Of a stretch of 64,000 nt of DNA, positions 41,067-52,113 are shown in pieces. The notes under the pieces were generated by a model. It was given only the letters and a program-made list of their open reading frames with translations, made no database searches and was not told the origin of the DNA. Source of the stretch: an uncultured Verrucomicrobiae bacterium (GTDB lineage Bacteria; Verrucomicrobiota; Verrucomicrobiia; Chthoniobacterales; JAFAMB01); contig CAVXLD010000001.1 in NCBI GenBank assembly GCA_963762565.1, forward strand, positions 1,152,001-1,216,000, read 5' to 3'. How positions within the stretch are numbered: position 1 is the stretch's first letter; every line of letters begins with the position of its first letter. The position numbers were made by a program, and so were the translations under genes.

Positions 41067-42902
41067 ATGGCTATGGTGAACGACCTCGCGATGGAAATCC
41101 TCCCCAGATTTTGGTGCGCTGCCGGCGCAATGATATTCTTTACGATGTCGAATGCCCTTGGATGGGCGCCGGCAGGCGGTCATATGATGTCGAAATATGC
41201 AGCGGACGTGAACCCAAACTCGGTTTGGCCGGAATATCCACGCCCACAATTGATGAGGCCGAATTGGATTAACCTGAATGGGCTGTGGGATTACGCAGGT
41301 ACTAACGACCAAGCCAACCCGCCGAATAAATGGGCCGGGCAAATTCTGGTGCCTTTCCCGATCGAATCGGCTTTGAGCGGAGTTTGCCAAGTGCTCAAAC
41401 CGACTCAAACCTTATGGTATAAGCGCCAATTGGTTCTTTCTCCGCCAGGCAACGGACAACGCATTCTATTACATTTCGAAGCCGTAAACTACATCGCCGC
41501 GGTGATAGTGAACGGTAAACTCGTTGGTGAACATCAAGGCGGTTATGATCCGTTTACGTTCGACATCACGGACGCATTGGCTGCCTCAGGAACTCAGGAT
41601 CTTGTGGTCAAGGTAATCAATCCAACGGGCGAAGGGAAGTATCCCTATCAGCCCCGAGGCAAGTTAAGTTTAACCCCTGGCGGGATCTTCTATACCGATG
41701 CTAGTGGCATCTGGCAGACGGTATGGATTGAAATCGTCCCGGCGACTTATATCGCGGATTTATTGATCGTGCCGGACATCGACAACCAGAAGGCCCTGGT
41801 GACGGTTCAAGCGGGCGGCACTCGGCCGACTCAGCAACCGGACCAGGTAACCATTGAACTGACAGATAGCGAGGGAAAGAAGATCTCCACCGGTACCGGA
41901 CTGGGTAACACGCCGATCGCATTGAACGTGGCTGATGCCCATCTTTGGTCTCCGGATGATCCCTATCTTTACAGGCTAAAGGTCACCTACGGTTCCGACG
42001 TGGTGACGAGCTACTTGGGGATGCGCAAAGTCGAAATCAGCCAGGATGCAGATGGGATCCAGCGCATCTTTGTTAACCATAAGCCGCTATTCCTGTTTGG
42101 CCCCTTAGATCAAGGCTTTTGGCCGGATGGGATTTATCTCGCCCCCACGGATGCAGCCCTGCGGTCCGATCTCGAGTACGAAAAAATGCTCGGCTGTAAT
42201 ATGGTTCGTAAACACGTTAAGGTAGAACCTCGGCGTTGGTATTACTGGGCGGACAAACTTGGGCTGCTGGTCTGGCAAGATTTTCCTTCTCCGCAGGATT
42301 TTGCTCAAAAACAAGGTACGGCGGATCGTACGCGGCCCGCGGATCAAGCCGCGCAGATTGAGAAAGAGATGAAGGCCATGGTCGACACTCATCGGAACCA
42401 TCCTTGCATCATGATGTGGGTCGTATTCAACGAAGGCTGGGGTCAGTACGATACGGTGCGGATCGCTAATCTGTTCAAGACTTGGGACTCGACCCGCCTG
42501 GTCGATGACTCCAGCGGCTGGAACGATTTCGGCGCCGGCGATGTCCTTGACGACCACACTTATCCCTGGCCAAAGCCGGTTGCACACCAGCGCAATCGCG
42601 CCAGTGTGTTAGGTGAATTTGGCGGCGCTGGTTTCCCCATCCCGGGTCACCTATGGAATCCGAACAGCCAGTTCTCGGATGAACACGACCTGCCGAACGC
42701 GTCCGCTCAGCAACCTTTTATTATCGGCCGCTTGGAAACCGTAAAAGATCTGGCAACCAAAGGTCTTTCGGCGGCCGTGTACACTCAACTGAGCGACGTG
42801 GAAAACGAGGTCAACGGATTCTTAACTTATGACCGGACAACCGTGCAAAAAGCAAATCCGGATGCCGTTCGGCCTGCAGTGCGCAAGCTGTACGCGCCGT
42901 GA
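41067..42902 (+). CDS. glycoside hydrolase family 2 (start uncertain)
   Basis: EYPRPQL.R..W.NLNGLW, LHFEAV, SGIWQTVW, LDQGFWPDG, RKHVKVE, WVVFNEGWG, GEFGG. Confidence 0.9.
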   Translation: MAMVNDLAMEILPRFWCAAGAMIFFTMSNALGWAPAGGHMMSKYAADVNPNSVWPEYPRPQLMRPNWINLNGLWDYAGTNDQANPPNKWAGQILVPFPIESALSGVCQVLKPTQTLWYKRQLVLSPPGNGQRILLHFEAVNYIAAVIVNGKLVGEHQGGYDPFTFDITDALAASGTQDLVVKVINPTGEGKYPYQPRGKLSLTPGGIFYTDASGIWQTVWIEIVPATYIADLLIVPDIDNQKALVTVQAGGTRPTQQPDQVTIELTDSEGKKISTGTGLGNTPIALNVADAHLWSPDDPYLYRLKVTYGSDVVTSYLGMRKVEISQDADGIQRIFVNHKPLFLFGPLDQGFWPDGIYLAPTDAALRSDLEYEKMLGCNMVRKHVKVEPRRWYYWADKLGLLVWQDFPSPQDFAQKQGTADRTRPADQAAQIEKEMKAMVDTHRNHPCIMMWVVFNEGWGQYDTVRIANLFKTWDSTRLVDDSSGWNDFGAGDVLDDHTYPWPKPVAHQRNRASVLGEFGGAGFPIPGHLWNPNSQFSDEHDLPNASAQQPFIIGRLETVKDLATKGLSAAVYTQLSDVENEVNGFLTYDRTTVQKANPDAVRPAVRKLYAP

Positions 42903-42915
42903 TGGTTAGGGATTC

Positions 42916-43128
42916 GTGGAGCGCTGCCTCGCTTGCGAGGCCGTGGTGACCGGAGCGATTTAGTCAGACATGCGCCGGCGTTGGCTTAAACTCTGTATCG
43001 TCCTCGGTTGAGTCGAAGATTTGGACTTCCACAGAAACCTACAAGCAATAGAGCACTGAACGGAAAGGGTAGTAATTGACCGCCCCTTCCTTGTTCACCA
43101 CGGCCTCGCAAGCGAGGCAGCGCTCCAC
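42916..43128. repeat. paired REP-like element, GTGGAGCGCTGCCTCGC family
   Basis: Inverted arms; other copies at 5179, 45931, 48808 and 52080. Confidence 0.8.
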
Positions 43129-43154
43129 GGTTCCGACCGACGAGAACGAGGGGG

Positions 43155-43520
43155 TTAGCTCGATGACAGACAGAAGGTGTTTCCGTCAGGGTCCTTGAAT
43201 AGCACATAGGTGCCCCAGGGTTGCTTTTCTGGTTCACCTAGGAACTCGACTCCGCGGGCCTTCAACTCGGCGTACGTCTTGTCGATGTCGTCGCAGGTAA
43301 ACACCACGTTTGAAAACGTCCCCACCCGATCCTCATGTCCCTCCGGAGTAAATAACACGACCCTGGTTTCAGCCTTCGGGGGTTTTAGCTCGATCCAACG
43401 CTGTTTGTCGTTGAATGGTTGATCTGTGAGGATTGAGAAGCCTAGCTTCTCGGTAAAAAAGTCGAGCGCACGATCCTGATCGCGAACTGGCAGATTGACT
43501 AATTTGACGTGAGTTATCAT
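43155..43520 (-). CDS. VOC/glyoxalase family protein
   Basis: VRDQDRALDFFTEKLGF, QPWG....FKDPDGN. Confidence 0.9.
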   Translation of the reverse strand: MITHVKLVNLPVRDQDRALDFFTEKLGFSILTDQPFNDKQRWIELKPPKAETRVVLFTPEGHEDRVGTFSNVVFTCDDIDKTYAELKARGVEFLGEPEKQPWGTYVLFKDPDGNTFCLSSS

Positions 43521-43767
43521 AAAACGGAGATGGGCTAACTGCAGACTGCTTAAAGCAGCCGCCATCTGAGCTCAAAGCCAAAAAGCGTTGCCTTGACCGA
43601 AAGTGGTGTACCGATTAACGGTACACGAGTAACGCCGTGATCGCCGGGATCGCCGGGAACGCCGCCGGGATCGCCGGCAACGCCGGGAACGGTGAGAAAA
43701 GACAGCCGAAACGGCGTATGGGCGAGTGGGCGAAACGGCGACTCCTCCGGGCAGGTCGCGCAACCGT

Positions 43768-44181
43768 ATGACGACTTCTTTAAGATCCAATAATACCGGA
43801 TTCAGCTCGATACGAACGTCGGTTTTTACATTGGAACGGTACGTTACCGAGGTACTCATGCGAGACCTGATCGCTCACGATCATTTGCCGTCCGCTTTTC
43901 TCGTCTACCTTTTTCTTCGGGGTCGTGCGACCGTCCCAAAGACGAATCAGCAAATGCATCGTCGAAGGATGCGTCCGGTAACCATCAGCGTGCGCGAACT
44001 AGCGACGCAGACAGGCTTGGCTAAGAGTGTTGTCCAGACCGCGTTGATCGCGCTCCGCAGACGACAATTGATTCGATTGATTGCTCCGGACAAAACCGAG
44101 CGGCGAACGATCGCTGCTTCTTATGAGGTGTTACGTCCCTGGCGAAGAACAAATCGACGATCCCAGGCGATTTCAAACTAG
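43768..44181 (+). CDS. winged-HTH DNA-binding protein
   Basis: LMRDLIAHDHLPSAFLVYL, S.RELA.QTGL.KS.VQ.A...L.RR.LI, YEVLRPW. Confidence 0.65.
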   Translation: MTTSLRSNNTGFSSIRTSVFTLERYVTEVLMRDLIAHDHLPSAFLVYLFLRGRATVPKTNQQMHRRRMRPVTISVRELATQTGLAKSVVQTALIALRRRQLIRLIAPDKTERRTIAASYEVLRPWRRTNRRSQAISN

Positions 44182-44227
44182 CTAGAATCTAAATTCGTAA
44201 CCACGTTTAACTGGAAAAAACCTTACC

Positions 44228-45091
44228 ATGCCCAAGCTGCCATCCCCTCTGATTGACATCCTTTCGGCGGAATCGTTCGCGGCCGAACATCTTCCGGGTA
44301 GCGTCAACATCTGTGTCTATGAGACTGCGTTCATCGATAAGATTCGCGCAGCGTTTCCGGATACCAGCAGTGAGCTCACTGTGTACGGCTTAAATGATTC
44401 TACGTTGGAAGCCAGGGTCGCGTTAACAAAACTCGCAGATGCTGGGTACAGCCGAGTTCAGGCATTACCGGGTGGCTTGGAAGGCTGGAAGGCAAGCGGC
44501 GGAGACATCGTGCGAGGCGTAGCGACGGCGTTACCATCGGGCCGCTTCGAGGTCGATCAAATAGCCAGCCTGGTCGAATGGATGGGGCGAAATCTTTTTA
44601 ACCGGCACCTCGGCACCGCAGAACTCGGCCCCGGATACGTGCTGATCCAGAACGGTAGGCTGGCCGGCGGGCACCTTACTATTGACATGACGAGCCTCAG
44701 TTGCACGGACATGCCAGACCCCGGGCTTTGCGAACGGTTGATCGCGCATCTGGAGAGTGACGACTTCTTTGCCGTCGGAGAATATCCGCAAGCTGAGTTC
44801 GAGATCAGAGAGGCCGACTATCGATCGGGCGCCAGACCCGATGAACCGAACTATCAGATCAAAGGAGATTTTACCTTACGGGGAGTAACCCGACCGATCG
44901 AATTCGCAGCGGTGGTCGCGAGAAAAGCCGATGGTTCGTTCACCGCGCAAGCGTTACTGGACTTGGATCGAACCTTGTGGGGCGCTGACTACGGTTCGGC
45001 CAAGTTTTTTGGAGGGCTAGGCATGCACGTCGTTAACGATGACTTCCATCTCCAGTTGAAGGTCGTTACGAAAGATAAGGCGACGGAATGA
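44228..45091 (+). CDS. rhodanese-like + YceI fusion protein
   Basis: EHLPGSVNI..., LPGGLEGW, then YceI HLESDDFF....YP, GDFTLRGVT, LDRTLWG..YGS. Confidence 0.8.
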   Translation: MPKLPSPLIDILSAESFAAEHLPGSVNICVYETAFIDKIRAAFPDTSSELTVYGLNDSTLEARVALTKLADAGYSRVQALPGGLEGWKASGGDIVRGVATALPSGRFEVDQIASLVEWMGRNLFNRHLGTAELGPGYVLIQNGRLAGGHLTIDMTSLSCTDMPDPGLCERLIAHLESDDFFAVGEYPQAEFEIREADYRSGARPDEPNYQIKGDFTLRGVTRPIEFAAVVARKADGSFTAQALLDLDRTLWGADYGSAKFFGGLGMHVVNDDFHLQLKVVTKDKATE

Positions 45092-45270
45092 GTTTCCGTG
45101 CGGCCTACGAGAAGTTTCGTTTTCGGATCGAGTTTGGGCCCATCGCCGGGAGGGTGTGCGTCCCCGCGCGCCGCGAGAACCTGCTACAACCCAAAGTGTA
45201 TTTTCGTCGGGGTCACAACCCACCCTCGACTTCGGTAACAGCGGATCGCGAGGACGCGATCCCTCCCGCA

Positions 45271-45891
45271 TCAAACCAACGTCTTCAAAAACTCGCTGAC
45301 TTTCTGCTTCGCACCACTCAAGACTGATTCACCATCGCAGAACAATAGGACATCGAAATCATAGTCGAGGATTTTTGGTAGCGACGATTTGAGCATTTTG
45401 GAATCATCCAGTTTCTCTTCTGGAATCAGTCCCAAAGCTCCCGGCGGGTTACCGATGATGGCATCTCCTAGGATCAGGATACCGGCTTTGTCTCGGGCCG
45501 CAGCGTGATAAGCCGGACCGAGATACAGCCCAATCTCGCCGGGTGATTTACCCGGCAAATGGATAACGCGCAGCGCCTCACGGATCAGATCTCCTTCCTG
45601 AACGGCTTCATCAATCGGGAGCGAAACAAATTGAGGCAGCTCCTCCTTTCCGGCGATGATGCGAGCTCCGTAGCGGGTCCGGAACAGCGGCGCGTCGCGG
45701 ACATGATCGCGGTTGGTGAGAACAACCGTCGAAATCGGTGTCGGTAGGTTCTGCCAGCCGGCATCCTCCGGAGCTGGAGGATCAATCAGGACGACGCCTC
45801 CCGGCAGAACGATCGCATAACCGTTCAGATCCCATGGTCTGTCGGCATAAGTCGAACCCCAGGTGAAAATGCCGGGAAGAATCTCGCGCAT
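45271..45891 (-). CDS. metallo-beta-lactamase fold protein
   Basis: LIDPP, LTNRDHVRD, LPGKSPGE, GDA (degenerate metal ligands). Confidence 0.7.
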   Translation of the reverse strand: MREILPGIFTWGSTYADRPWDLNGYAIVLPGGVVLIDPPAPEDAGWQNLPTPISTVVLTNRDHVRDAPLFRTRYGARIIAGKEELPQFVSLPIDEAVQEGDLIREALRVIHLPGKSPGEIGLYLGPAYHAAARDKAGILILGDAIIGNPPGALGLIPEEKLDDSKMLKSSLPKILDYDFDVLLFCDGESVLSGAKQKVSEFLKTLV

Positions 45892-45960
45892 GTTCGAGAA
45901 TGCATGATGATGAGCGACGAAGCCAGCCGGAAGGCAGCGCTCCACGGCTAGCAGACAATT

Positions 45961-46268
45961 TTAGGCCTCCGCAGCGCCGAGTTTGGTAGCCTCAGGAACC
46001 TCGATCAGTTTCCCTGTCCTTACATCATAAACGAACCCGTAGATCGGGATTCGGCCAGGAACCAGAGGATGATTCCGAATACGGCGAACATCGGTTATGA
46101 CTGCCGAAGCCGGATCCTTAAAAGTCAACCAATCGAAAAATTCGCCATCCTCGGATCCAGGTCCGGCCCCAACATCACGCCACCCGTTTTGATCCACAAC
46201 TGCGGTCTCCAGACTGTTAGCCAGGAGGTCTCGGATTATGGCATCGGTAAAGAGCCCCATTCCGCAGG
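45961..46268 (-). pseudogene. beta-carbonic anhydrase (clade D-like) C-terminal half
   Basis: [38 protein letters not shown]-terminal CxD/H ligands missing; the break coincides with the duplication boundary. Confidence 0.75.
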
Positions 46269-46311
46269 TTCGCTTGCTACTCAATTTTACCCCTTTTATC
46301 CCTGATCCGCT

Positions 46312-46807
46312 ATGTCCGCTCCTTCTCCCCGCTGGCATCTAGCTCAAATTAATATCGGCCGAATCCGCCCCCATGACCGATTCGCTTATGTCGGGGTTTG
46401 TGGCCGAGCTTGACCCCGTCAATGCTTTGGCCGATACCAGCCCCGGTTTCGTCTGGCGACTTCAGACCGACGCCGGAGATGCTACCGGCATTCGCCCGTA
46501 CGATGACGAAACCATCCTCATCAATATGTCGGTGTGGGAAAGCGTCGAAGCTCTCAAAGCCTTTGTTTATCGGACACATCACGCCGATGTCATGCGCCAA
46601 CGAGAGAAATGGTTCGAACACCTCGACACCTATTTCATCGCCCTCTGGTGGATACCGGCGGGGACTATTCCGACGGTTTTAGAAGCCAAGGTCCGGCTCG
46701 ATCATCTCCGCGAAAACGGCGAATCTCCCTACGCTTTCTCTTTCAAGAGAGTCTATCCGCCGTCGTCACCTGTCACGGTTTTAGACAATGCGGCTGATTC
46801 TGTATAA
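46312..46807 (+). CDS. DUF3291 protein, copy 1 (frameshift near 46370)
   Basis: HLAQINIGR / [41 protein letters not shown]. Confidence 0.8.
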
Positions 46808-46848
46808 ACCGTTGGCGCACTTCGCCTTTCTCTCTACAGATAAGCATT

Positions 46849-47790
46849 ATGCCATTGCCAACCGATGAGAAACTGCTGGCTCTAAGCCAGGATCTGCTCA
46901 AGCAATTCGATACCATCTTCGGTTTACATCCAGGTTTTCGCGCGGCGCACGCTCGCGGGACCATGCTCACCGGTACTTTTACGCCTGCTCCTGACGCTGC
47001 ATCCCTTACCAGAGCTCCCCATATCACCCGCGAATCGACTCCGGTTACCGCACGATTCTCTAGCTCAACCGGCATTCCGCTGTTGCCGGACAACGATCCG
47101 AATGCCAACCCGCGGGGGTTAGCCATTCGGTTTCATCTCGGCGAGCATGTGCACACGGACATTGTGAGCCATTCGATCGATGCCTTCCCCGCGAGGAACG
47201 CGCAGGAATTTCTAGAATTCTTGCGGGCGGTTGCAGCCAGCGGACCCGACGTTCCGTCACCGAAACCGGTTGAGATATTCTTGGGTTCACATCCGGCAGC
47301 GCTCGCTTTTGTACAAGCTCCGAAGCCGAGTCCGGCCAGTTTCGCCAAAGAAAACTTCTACGGAGTGACGGCGATGCGCTTCATCAACAAAGAGGGCGCC
47401 AGCCGTTACGGTCGATACCGGATTCTACCTGACGCCGGCGTCGAACATCTCGATCCGGAAATTACAAAGGACAAAGGGCCAGATTTCCTTTTCGATGAGT
47501 TAAGCGAACGGATCGCCGCGGCGCCGATTAGTTTTCAAATCTTTGCTCAGCTCGCGAACGAAGGTGACGAGGTCAACGACGTCGCCGTGCATTGGCCCGA
47601 AGATCGACCTTTAGCGCGGCTCGGCCAGATCGTTTTAACTGCACCGGCCGAAAATGACGCCCAAGAGCAGAAGAAAATTATCTTCGATCCAATCCCGCGA
47701 GTCGACGGGATCGAGCCATCGGATGATCCACTGTTGGAGGTACGTGCCGCGGTTTATCTGCTGAGCGGACGGCGACGACGCCAAGCGTAA
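46849..47790 (+). CDS. catalase-related heme peroxidase (SrpA-like), copy 1
   Basis: GFRAAHARG, ARFS, RGLAIRF, DPLL..RAAVY..S..RR. Confidence 0.88.
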   Translation: MPLPTDEKLLALSQDLLKQFDTIFGLHPGFRAAHARGTMLTGTFTPAPDAASLTRAPHITRESTPVTARFSSSTGIPLLPDNDPNANPRGLAIRFHLGEHVHTDIVSHSIDAFPARNAQEFLEFLRAVAASGPDVPSPKPVEIFLGSHPAALAFVQAPKPSPASFAKENFYGVTAMRFINKEGASRYGRYRILPDAGVEHLDPEITKDKGPDFLFDELSERIAAAPISFQIFAQLANEGDEVNDVAVHWPEDRPLARLGQIVLTAPAENDAQEQKKIIFDPIPRVDGIEPSDDPLLEVRAAVYLLSGRRRRQA

Positions 47791-47797
47791 AAAGGAT

Positions 47798-48041
47798 TCA
47801 CCACAAAGACACGAAGAACACAAAGACAATCCCAACCGCAGATGAACGCAGATTTGGAAGGGCCGTGCCACGCGCTCAGCGAAAGATGGCGCCACGATGC
47901 ACACGAAGCATTCGACGCAGCTTTGGCCGGTCTTTAGGTGGTTTGACCAATTCGTGTGCACAACGTGGCTTTTTTATCTGCGTTAATCCGTGTTCATCTG
48001 CGGTTGGCCTTTCGTTCGTGTTCTTTGCTCCTTTGTGGTGA
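47798..48041. repeat. nested inverted repeat element (also in copy 2)
   Basis: Outer pair TCACCACAAAGACACGAAG / CTTTGTGGTGA; inner pair CAACCGCAGATGAACGC / GTTCATCTGCGGTTG. Confidence 0.75.
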
Positions 48042-48053
48042 GTGCACTGCGGA

Positions 48054-48785
48054 TTACTCCCGGCGGGCCTCGAAGTAGGTGTTACAGATTTCGAGGATGA
48101 TGGTATTGGGTCCTTCGACCAAAACGGTTTCACCCGGCACCGCCTCACTGCCGTTCAGGGATAGTTCGGCGATCTTCACATTCGGGTGATTAATGGTGAT
48201 CTGCTTAACTGCAGATGCCGCGATCCCGAGCTGGTTAAAGTCCACGTGCGATCTGCTACCGGAATCGCCCTGAGCAAACTCTTGTGCGCCGAGCATGTTC
48301 GTTGAGCTCCCCGAGCTTGGTACATTGGTCGTTTTCCAACGGAAACTGTCGGCGCGATATTCTATCTCGGTGCCTACCAGGGTTTGCGCCTGTTTGCTGT
48401 CCAGGCACGTGACCGTATCGGCAGGCAATACTTTATGGACGATCCATTTCCCAAGCAGCTCCGGAGGGATTTTACCGACGGGCGTGGTATTCGATCCTGC
48501 TTGGGCAACTAACTGTTCAAGAAAATCGGCTCGCGCTTTTGTGGCCTGAGCTAAACAGGCAGCATCTTTGCCACATTTTTGATCTCGTTGCTTGAGCCAG
48601 TCCAATTCCTGCCTGCGCAACTCCGCCAGTTTAGCTGGGTTACCACGGAGTTGTGCCACTCGCTGTTGGTAGGCCTGATTAAGGCGGGCGTCTTCCTGAC
48701 TAAGCCCGGCTTCTTGCGCGGCCGAGATAGTGGCGCAGGCGCCGGCTGCCAATAGGATGATGCCCTTATGTAACCTGCATTTCAT
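48054..48785 (-). CDS. secreted LprI-like (DUF1311) domain protein, copy 1
   Basis: Signal peptide; DARLNQAYQ...LR.Q..W...RD..C....C.....AR. Confidence 0.7.
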   Translation of the reverse strand: MKCRLHKGIILLAAGACATISAAQEAGLSQEDARLNQAYQQRVAQLRGNPAKLAELRRQELDWLKQRDQKCGKDAACLAQATKARADFLEQLVAQAGSNTTPVGKIPPELLGKWIVHKVLPADTVTCLDSKQAQTLVGTEIEYRADSFRWKTTNVPSSGSSTNMLGAQEFAQGDSGSRSHVDFNQLGIAASAVKQITINHPNVKIAELSLNGSEAVPGETVLVEGPNTIILEICNTYFEARRE

Positions 48786-48841
48786 TTTCCACGGTTCCGA
48801 CCGAGTCGGCCTCGCAAGCGAGGCAGCGCTCCACGGTTTTG

Positions 48842-49501
48842 CTAGCTGGGGAGAGCGAAACAAACGATCTCGTTTACCGCTCGATGGTTTGACCAAAAGT
48901 TCGATCCGTCAAAAGCCAATGAACGGCATGGGAACGGCACCTTGGCTAAGTCCTCGATGCGGGATGAGCCGGAGGATTGTAAATTCAAACGGGCGATGCT
49001 CCAATCTTCGTTCCCCTGCTCCGTTCCACGCAGAACGTAAATCGCTCCCCCGAAATAGGTGTGCCCGCAAATCTCAGCGCCAATGTCGTACGTCTCCAGG
49101 ATACTTCCGCTAGGATCGAGTTTCAGAATACGATGCTTATACCATTGGCTAAGATAGACGTGGCTGCCGTCGTAGCTCAGGTAGGATCCGGTAAACTCCG
49201 GACAAGCAACCCGATCGGTTTCGGAGAATCCACTATCGGAAGAATAACGTCGCAGATACCGATCGTCCGCGGCTCCTTCTCCGATATTGAAACAGAGCGC
49301 TTCACCGGTTGAGACAGCCGCCGATGGTATTCCTGGCGCTTCGGTTTCTTTGAATACGCGCAGACTTTCCGGCTCAATCCCGTAAATACGCCGTAAGTCA
49401 CGCGAGCCCATCCATAAGGCATCGTTGTGCCAAGCTAACGCTTGAGGTGTCACGGCAGGGGAAGCGACGCGCCTGCGTTCTTTAATTGCTGGTAGCGACA
49501 T
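48842..49501 (-). CDS. hypothetical beta-propeller-like protein, copy 1
   Basis: Repeated LAW..../LSYDG/LAFDG..W blades. Confidence 0.6.
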   Translation of the reverse strand: MSLPAIKERRRVASPAVTPQALAWHNDALWMGSRDLRRIYGIEPESLRVFKETEAPGIPSAAVSTGEALCFNIGEGAADDRYLRRYSSDSGFSETDRVACPEFTGSYLSYDGSHVYLSQWYKHRILKLDPSGSILETYDIGAEICGHTYFGGAIYVLRGTEQGNEDWSIARLNLQSSGSSRIEDLAKVPFPCRSLAFDGSNFWSNHRAVNEIVCFALPS

Positions 49502-49581
49502 GGGGGGTTCGGGTTGCGGGTTAGGAGTCACAGGTTTCGACTTACGCTACTCAATTTTACCCCTTTTATCCCTGATCCGCT

Positions 49582-50068
49582 ATGTCCGCTCCTTCTCCCC
49601 GCTGGCATCTAGCTCAAATTAATATCGGCCGAATCCGCCCCCATGACCGATTCGCTTATGTCGGGCTTTGTGGCCGAGCTTGATCCCGTCAATGCTTTGG
49701 CCGATACCAGCCCCGGTTTCGTTTGGCGACTTCAGACCGACGCCGGAGATGCTACCGGCATTCGCCCGTACGATGACGAAACCATCCTCATCAATATGTC
49801 GGTGTGGGAAAGCGTCGAAGCTCTCAAAGCCTTTGTTTATCGGACACATCACGCCGATGTCATGCGCCAACGAGAGAAATGGTTCGAACACCTCGACACC
49901 TATTTCATCGCCCTCTGGTGGATACCGGCGGGGACTATTCCGACGGTTTTAGAAGCCAAGGTCCGGCTCGATCATCTCCGCGAAAACGGCGAATCTCCCT
50001 ACGCTTTCTCTTTCAAGAGAGTCTATCCGCCTTCGTCACCTATCACGGTTTTAGACAATCGCGGCTGA
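49582..50068 (+). CDS. DUF3291 protein, copy 2 (same 5' frameshift)
   Basis: Near-identical to copy 1; a 1-bp insertion alters the last codons. Confidence 0.75.
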
Positions 50069-50119
50069 TTCTGTATAAACCGTTGGCGCACTTCGCCTTT
50101 CTCTCTACAGATAAGCATT

Positions 50120-51060
50120 ATGCCATTGCCAACCGATGAGAAACTGCTGGCTCTAAGCCAGGATCTGCTCAAGCAATTCGATACCATCTTCGGTTTACAT
50201 CCAGGTTTTCGCGCGGCGCACGCTCGCGGGACCATGCTCACCGGTACTTTTACGCCTGCTCCTGACGCTGCATCCCTGACCAGAGCTCCCCATATCACCC
50301 GCGAATCGACTCCGGTTACCGCACGATTCTCTAGCTCAACCGGCATTCCGCTGTTGCCGGACAACGATCCGAATGCCAACCCGCGGGGGTTAGCCATCCG
50401 GTTTCATCTCGGCGAGCATGTGCACACGGACATTGTGAGCCATTCGATCGATGCCTTCCCTGCGAGGAACGCGCAGGAATTTCTAGAATTTTTGCGGGCG
50501 GTTGCAGCCAGCGGACCCGACGTTCCGTCACCGAAACCGGTTGAGATATTCTTGGGTTCACATCCGGCAGCGCTCGCTTTTGTACAAGCTCCGAAGCCGA
50601 GTCCGGCCAGTTTCGCCAAAGAAAACTTCTACGGAGTGACGGCGATGCGCTTCATCAACAAAGAGGGCGCCAGCCGTTACGGTCGATACCGGATTCTACC
50701 TGACGCCGGCGTCGAACATCTCGATCCGGAGATTACAAAGGACAAAGGGCCAGATTTCCTTTTCGATGAGTTAAGCGAACGGATCGCCGCGGGGCCGATT
50801 AGTTTTCAAATCTTTGCTCAGCTCGCGAACGAAGGTGACGAGGTCAACGACGTCACCGTGCATTGGCCCGAAGATCGACCTTTAGCGCGGCTCGGCCAGA
50901 TCGTTTTAACTGCACCGGCCGAAAATGACGCCCAAGAGCAGAAGAAAATTATCTTCGATCCAATCCCGCGAGTCGACGGGATCGAGCCATCGGATGATCC
51001 ATGTTGGAGGTACGTGCCGCGGTTTATCTGCTGAGCGGACGGCGACGACGCCAAGCGTAA
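50120..51060 (+). pseudogene. catalase-related peroxidase copy 2, 1-bp deletion near 51001
   Basis: GATCCATG versus GATCCACTG in copy 1; loses the RAAVY proximal Tyr segment. Confidence 0.7.
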
Positions 51061-51325
51061 AAAGGATTCACCACAAAGACACGAAGAACACAAAGACAAT
51101 CCCAACCGCAGATGAACGCAGATTTAGAAGGGACCGTGCCACGCGCTCAGCGAAAGATGGCGCCACGAATGCACACGAAGCATTCGACGCAGCTTTGGCC
51201 GGTCTTTAGGTGGTTTGACCAATTCGTGTGCACAACGTGGCTTTTTTATCTGCGTTAATCCGTGTTCATCTGCGGTTGGCCTTTCGTTCGTGTTCTTTGC
51301 GCCTTTGTGGTGAGTGCACTGCGGA

Positions 51326-52057
51326 TTACTCCCGGCGGGCCTCGAAGTAGGTGTTACAGATTTCGAGGATGATGGTATTGGGTCCTTCGACCAAAACGGT
51401 TTCACCCGGCACCGCCTCACTGCCGTTCAGGGATAGTTCGGCGATCTTCACATTCGGGTGATTAATGGTGATCTGCTTAACTGCAGATGCCGCGATCCCG
51501 AGCTGGTTAAAGTCCACGTGCGATCTGCTACCGGAATCGCCCTGAGCAAACTCTTGTGCGCCGAGCATGTTCGTTGAGCTCCCCGAGCTTGGTACATTGG
51601 TCGTTTTCCAACGGAAACTGTCGGCGCGATATTCTATCTCGGTGCCTACCAGGGTTTGCGCCTGTTTGCTGTCCAGGCACGTGACCGTATCGGCAGGCAA
51701 TACTTTATGGACGATCCATTTCCCAAGCAGCTCCGGAGGGATTTTACCGACGGGCGTGGTATTCGATCCTGCTTGGGCAACTAACTGTTCAAGAAAATCG
51801 GCTCGCGCTTTTGTGGCCTGAGCTAAACAGGCAGCATCTTTGCCACATTTTTGATCTCGTTGCTTGAGCCAGTCCAATTCCTGCCTGCGCAACTCCGCCA
51901 GTTTAGCTGGGTTACCACGGAGTTGTGCCACTCGCTGTTGGTAGGCCTGATTAAGGCGGGCGTCTTCCTGACTAAGCCCGGCTTCTTGCGCGGCCGAGAT
52001 AGTGGCGCAGGCGCCGGCTGCCAATAGGATGATGCCCTTATGTAACCTGCATTTCAT
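51326..52057 (-). CDS. secreted LprI-like protein, copy 2
   Basis: Protein identical to copy 1. Confidence 0.7.
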   Translation of the reverse strand: MKCRLHKGIILLAAGACATISAAQEAGLSQEDARLNQAYQQRVAQLRGNPAKLAELRRQELDWLKQRDQKCGKDAACLAQATKARADFLEQLVAQAGSNTTPVGKIPPELLGKWIVHKVLPADTVTCLDSKQAQTLVGTEIEYRADSFRWKTTNVPSSGSSTNMLGAQEFAQGDSGSRSHVDFNQLGIAASAVKQITINHPNVKIAELSLNGSEAVPGETVLVEGPNTIILEICNTYFEARRE

Positions 52058-52113
52058 TTTCCACGGTTCCGACCGAGTCGGCCTCGCAAGCGAGGCAGCG
52101 CTCCACGGTTTTG